The notes beneath the pieces were generated by a model, which made no database searches, was not told where the DNA came from, and saw only the letters and a program-made list of their open reading frames with translations. This document shows, piece after piece, positions 43,154 through 45,014 of a DNA stretch of 45,014 bases; positions within the stretch are counted from its first letter, which is position 1; each line of letters starts with the position of its first letter. The translations under genes were made by a program, and so were the position numbers. Location of the stretch: positions 1-45,014 of the forward strand of contig CAZBXN010000001.1 of NCBI GenBank assembly GCA_964496015.1, read 5' to 3'. Source of the DNA: an uncultured Lachnospiraceae bacterium. Lineage in GTDB: Bacteria; Bacillota; Clostridia; UBA1381.

Positions 43154-43558
43154 GTGAACATTGCACTTATCGCACATGACAAGAAAAAAGAATTGATGGT
43201 TCAGTTTTGTATAGCGTACAAGGGAATTTTATCCCGTCATTCGCTCTACGCAACAGGAACAACGGGAAAATTGGTTATCGAAAGTACAGGTTTAAATGTT
43301 TATAGGTTTTTATCGGGTCCGCAGGGCGGCGACCAGCAAATCGGCGCGAGAATAGCTTACAATGAGATAGACTTGGTTTTATTCTTCCGCGACCCGCTTA
43401 ACTCGGAAAGCTACGAACCTGATGTATTCTCGCTTTTGAGATTGTGTGATATGCACAATATACCGATTGCGACAAATCTGGCAACCGCTGAGGTTGTTAT
43501 ACACGGTCTTGAACGCGGCGACCTCGATTGGCGTGATATTGTCAATCCGAAAAAGTAA
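43154..43558 (+). CDS. mgsA: methylglyoxal synthase
   Basis: 134 aa. GTG start after [20 protein letters not shown].........L.ATGTTG..... GP.GGD.QIGA.I......DLV.FFRDPL...HEPDV..L.R.C. Confidence 0.9.
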   Translation: MNIALIAHDKKKELMVQFCIAYKGILSRHSLYATGTTGKLVIESTGLNVYRFLSGPQGGDQQIGARIAYNEIDLVLFFRDPLNSESYEPDVFSLLRLCDMHNIPIATNLATAEVVIHGLERGDLDWRDIVNPKK

Positions 43559-43601
43559 ATGCTTGAATAACGGGACTTTGCCTGTTATTGAAAAATTACC
43601 C

Positions 43602-43630
43602 TTGACAAACTTTTTTACATGTGGTATTAT
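43602..43630 (+). promoter_or_regulatory. sigma-A type promoter (extended -10) upstream of glnA
   Basis: TTGACA (43602-43607), 17 nt spacer, TATTAT (43625-43630), with TG at -15/-14. Confidence 0.55.
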
Positions 43631-43645
43631 ATCAATGCGAGCAAG

Positions 43646-43679
43646 GGCGTTCGTTCTGTGGAGAACGAATGCCTTTTTT
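43646..43679 (+). terminator. strong intrinsic-terminator hairpin inside the glnA leader (candidate attenuator)
   Basis: 12 bp stem GGCGTTCGTTCT (43646-43657) / AGAACGAATGCC (43662-43673) with one G-T pair, a 4 nt loop, then TTTTTT (43674-43679). Lies 16 nt after the -10 box and 23 nt before the glnA ATG. Confidence 0.6.
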
Positions 43680-43702
43680 GAATAATTTTGGAGGTAATGA
43701 AA

Positions 43703-45014
43703 ATGGCGACAAAGCAGGATATATTAAATATGATTGCAGACGAGGACGTTCGGTTTATCCGATTGCAGTTTACGGATATTTTGGGACATATGCGCAATAT
43801 GGCGATAACCACGTCGAAAATCGGGGACGCGCTCGACAATAAATGTATGTTTGACGGCTCGTCGATTGAGGGGTTTGTGGATATTGAGGACAGCGATTTA
43901 TTCCTTTATCCCGACCTTGATACGTTTACGATTTTCCCGTGGCGTCCGCATCAGGGAAAAGTTGCGCGTCTTATCTGCGATGTGTATAAATCGGACGGCA
44001 CGCGTCTTACGTGCGACCCGAGAAAAATTCTGATGGATACCGTAAAGGAAGCGCAGGATATGGGCTATACGTTTAATATAGGTCCGGAATGTGAGTTTTT
44101 CCTGTTTAATACCGACGAAAACGGCAATCCGACAACCAAACCGCATGACGACGCGGGATATTTCGACCTTGCGCCGCTCGATAACGGCGAAAACTGCCGC
44201 CGCGATATTTGCCTGACGCTTGAGGAAATGGGCTATATTGTGGAGTCCTCGCATCACGAGTCGGCAAAGGGACAGCATGAAATTGTTTTTAAATACGGCG
44301 ATGCGCTTACGACAGCCGACAGGATTGTGACCTTCAGAACCGTTGTAAAAACGATAGCGAAGCGCAACGGTCTGCACGCTACATTTATGCCGAAGCCCGT
44401 GCAGGGTGAAAACGGCAGCGGTATGCACCTTACAATGTCGCTCTTTAAGGACGGGAAAAACGTATTTTATAATGAAGAAAACCCGTCCGAATTGTCGGAC
44501 ACCGCGCGGCAGTTTGCTGCGGGACTTCTGCAATATACGCCCGATATGGCGTGCCTTACAAATCCGACCGTAAACTCATATAAGCGTTTTACGCCCGGAT
44601 TTGAAGCGCCCTGCTATATTTCATGGTCGGACAAAAACAGAAGCCTGCTTTTAAGAGTTCCGACGGCAACCGAGGCGGAAAAAGCGCGGATTGAGCTGCG
44701 TTCTCCCGACCCGACGGCAAACCCGTATCTCGCAATCGCGGCTTGCTTAAAGGCGGGCTTAATGGGAATAAAGGACAATTTGACGCTGCCGCCGAGTATT
44801 GACGTGAATGTGTACAACCTGTCTCAGAAGGAGCGCGAGGAGCTGGGCGTTAAGCAGCTCCCGATAAGCCTTAACGAAGCGGTTCGGATTGCGAGAAAGT
44901 CGGAATTTGTGAATAATCTGCTCGGCGAGGAGCTTGCGTCGCGGTATTTTGAGGCGAAGGACAAGGAATATGACGAATACAGAAAAACAATAAATCAATG
45001 GGAAATTGAAAAAT
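43703..45014 (+). CDS. glnA: glutamine synthetase type I (3' end just beyond the window)
   Basis: Not in the ORF track (open to the window edge). ATG at 43703 after GGAGG (43689-43693). MATKQDILNMIADEDVRFIRLQFTDILG.. , ..FDGSSIEGF.. , ..GPECEFFLF.. , ..HHE.A.GQHEI.F.Y.. , ..KP..G.NGSGMH.. , ..NSYKR.. are GS-I signatures. 437 codons read without a stop. Confidence 0.93.
   Translation, partial: MATKQDILNMIADEDVRFIRLQFTDILGHMRNMAITTSKIGDALDNKCMFDGSSIEGFVDIEDSDLFLYPDLDTFTIFPWRPHQGKVARLICDVYKSDGTRLTCDPRKILMDTVKEAQDMGYTFNIGPECEFFLFNTDENGNPTTKPHDDAGYFDLAPLDNGENCRRDICLTLEEMGYIVESSHHESAKGQHEIVFKYGDALTTADRIVTFRTVVKTIAKRNGLHATFMPKPVQGENGSGMHLTMSLFKDGKNVFYNEENPSELSDTARQFAAGLLQYTPDMACLTNPTVNSYKRFTPGFEAPCYISWSDKNRSLLLRVPTATEAEKARIELRSPDPTANPYLAIAACLKAGLMGIKDNLTLPPSIDVNVYNLSQKEREELGVKQLPISLNEAVRIARKSEFVNNLLGEELASRYFEAKDKEYDEYRKTINQWEIEK

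Noticed and set aside
43566-43589. Hairpin AATAACGGG-ACTTTG-CCTGTTATT after mgsA, as a terminator or ANTAR-type hexaloop hairpin
   Set aside because: No U-tract follows it, so it is not a convincing intrinsic terminator. It lies upstream of the predicted glnA promoter and 56 nt from the leader terminator. The loop lacks the conserved A..G pattern of ANTAR targets.
43898-44533. 211 aa minus-strand ORF, plus other ORFs at 43621-44998
   Set aside because: It is antisense to the unlisted glnA reading frame, which shows textbook GS-I motifs. The minus-strand product is Arg- and Phe-rich with no SD. It is a shadow ORF.
1-45014. CRISPR arrays, transposases or IS elements, prophage genes, and known multi-gene defence systems
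   Set aside because: I saw no spaced direct-repeat arrays. No ORF has transposase, integrase, Cas, restriction-modification or phage structural signatures. Apart from HicAB, every sizeable ORF is accounted for by housekeeping or envelope functions.

Overview
This 45 kb window is chromosomal and mostly housekeeping, with gene content and order typical of a Bacillota (Clostridia-like) genome.

Gene content, left to right:
- metG (5' fragment, minus strand), an AI-2E/YtvI-like permease, apgM, a hicB/hicA toxin-antitoxin pair, degV and trmL (all minus).
- rpmH-rnpA-yidD-yidC-jag (plus).
- A mixed block: a DUF975-like membrane protein, orphan araD, ilvE, a DUF975 protein, a Big_2+GH73 autolysin, cls, an HD-like small protein, an MFS transporter and a deacetylase-like membrane protein.
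- tRNA-Thr(GGU), followed by an AT-rich islet carrying an XRE regulator and a BspA-type LRR surface-protein gene broken by one in-frame TAA.
- A long plus-strand run: LCP, rimP-nusA-ylxR-infB-rbfA-nrnA-truB-ribF, glmU, pth, mfd, zapA, a U32 peptidase, maf, mreBCD, mrdA, minCD, mgsA and glnA (3' end runs off the window).

Three real genes are missing from the supplied ORF track: rpmH, glnA and the metG fragment. Many track ORFs start too far upstream at TTG/GTG codons, two of which are actually -35 TTGACA boxes.

I found no CRISPR array, transposase, integrase, prophage or recognisable multi-gene defence system.

The most unusual signal is not a gene. The 11-mer GGGACACTAAA occurs 8 times exactly, and 6 more times with one mismatch. 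All copies are on the plus (sense) strand between 26.8 and 36.0 kb. They lie in two different reading frames plus one non-coding copy that abuts the mfd start codon. This points to selection or a generating process acting on DNA/RNA rather than on protein. I cannot assign it to any known motif class.

Other points worth a look are terminator-like hairpins in the glnA and rimP leaders, the in-frame stop in the LRR gene, the TA pair packed inside a housekeeping operon, and several synteny breaks (no dnaA/oriC next to rpmH, no minE/rodA after minD).
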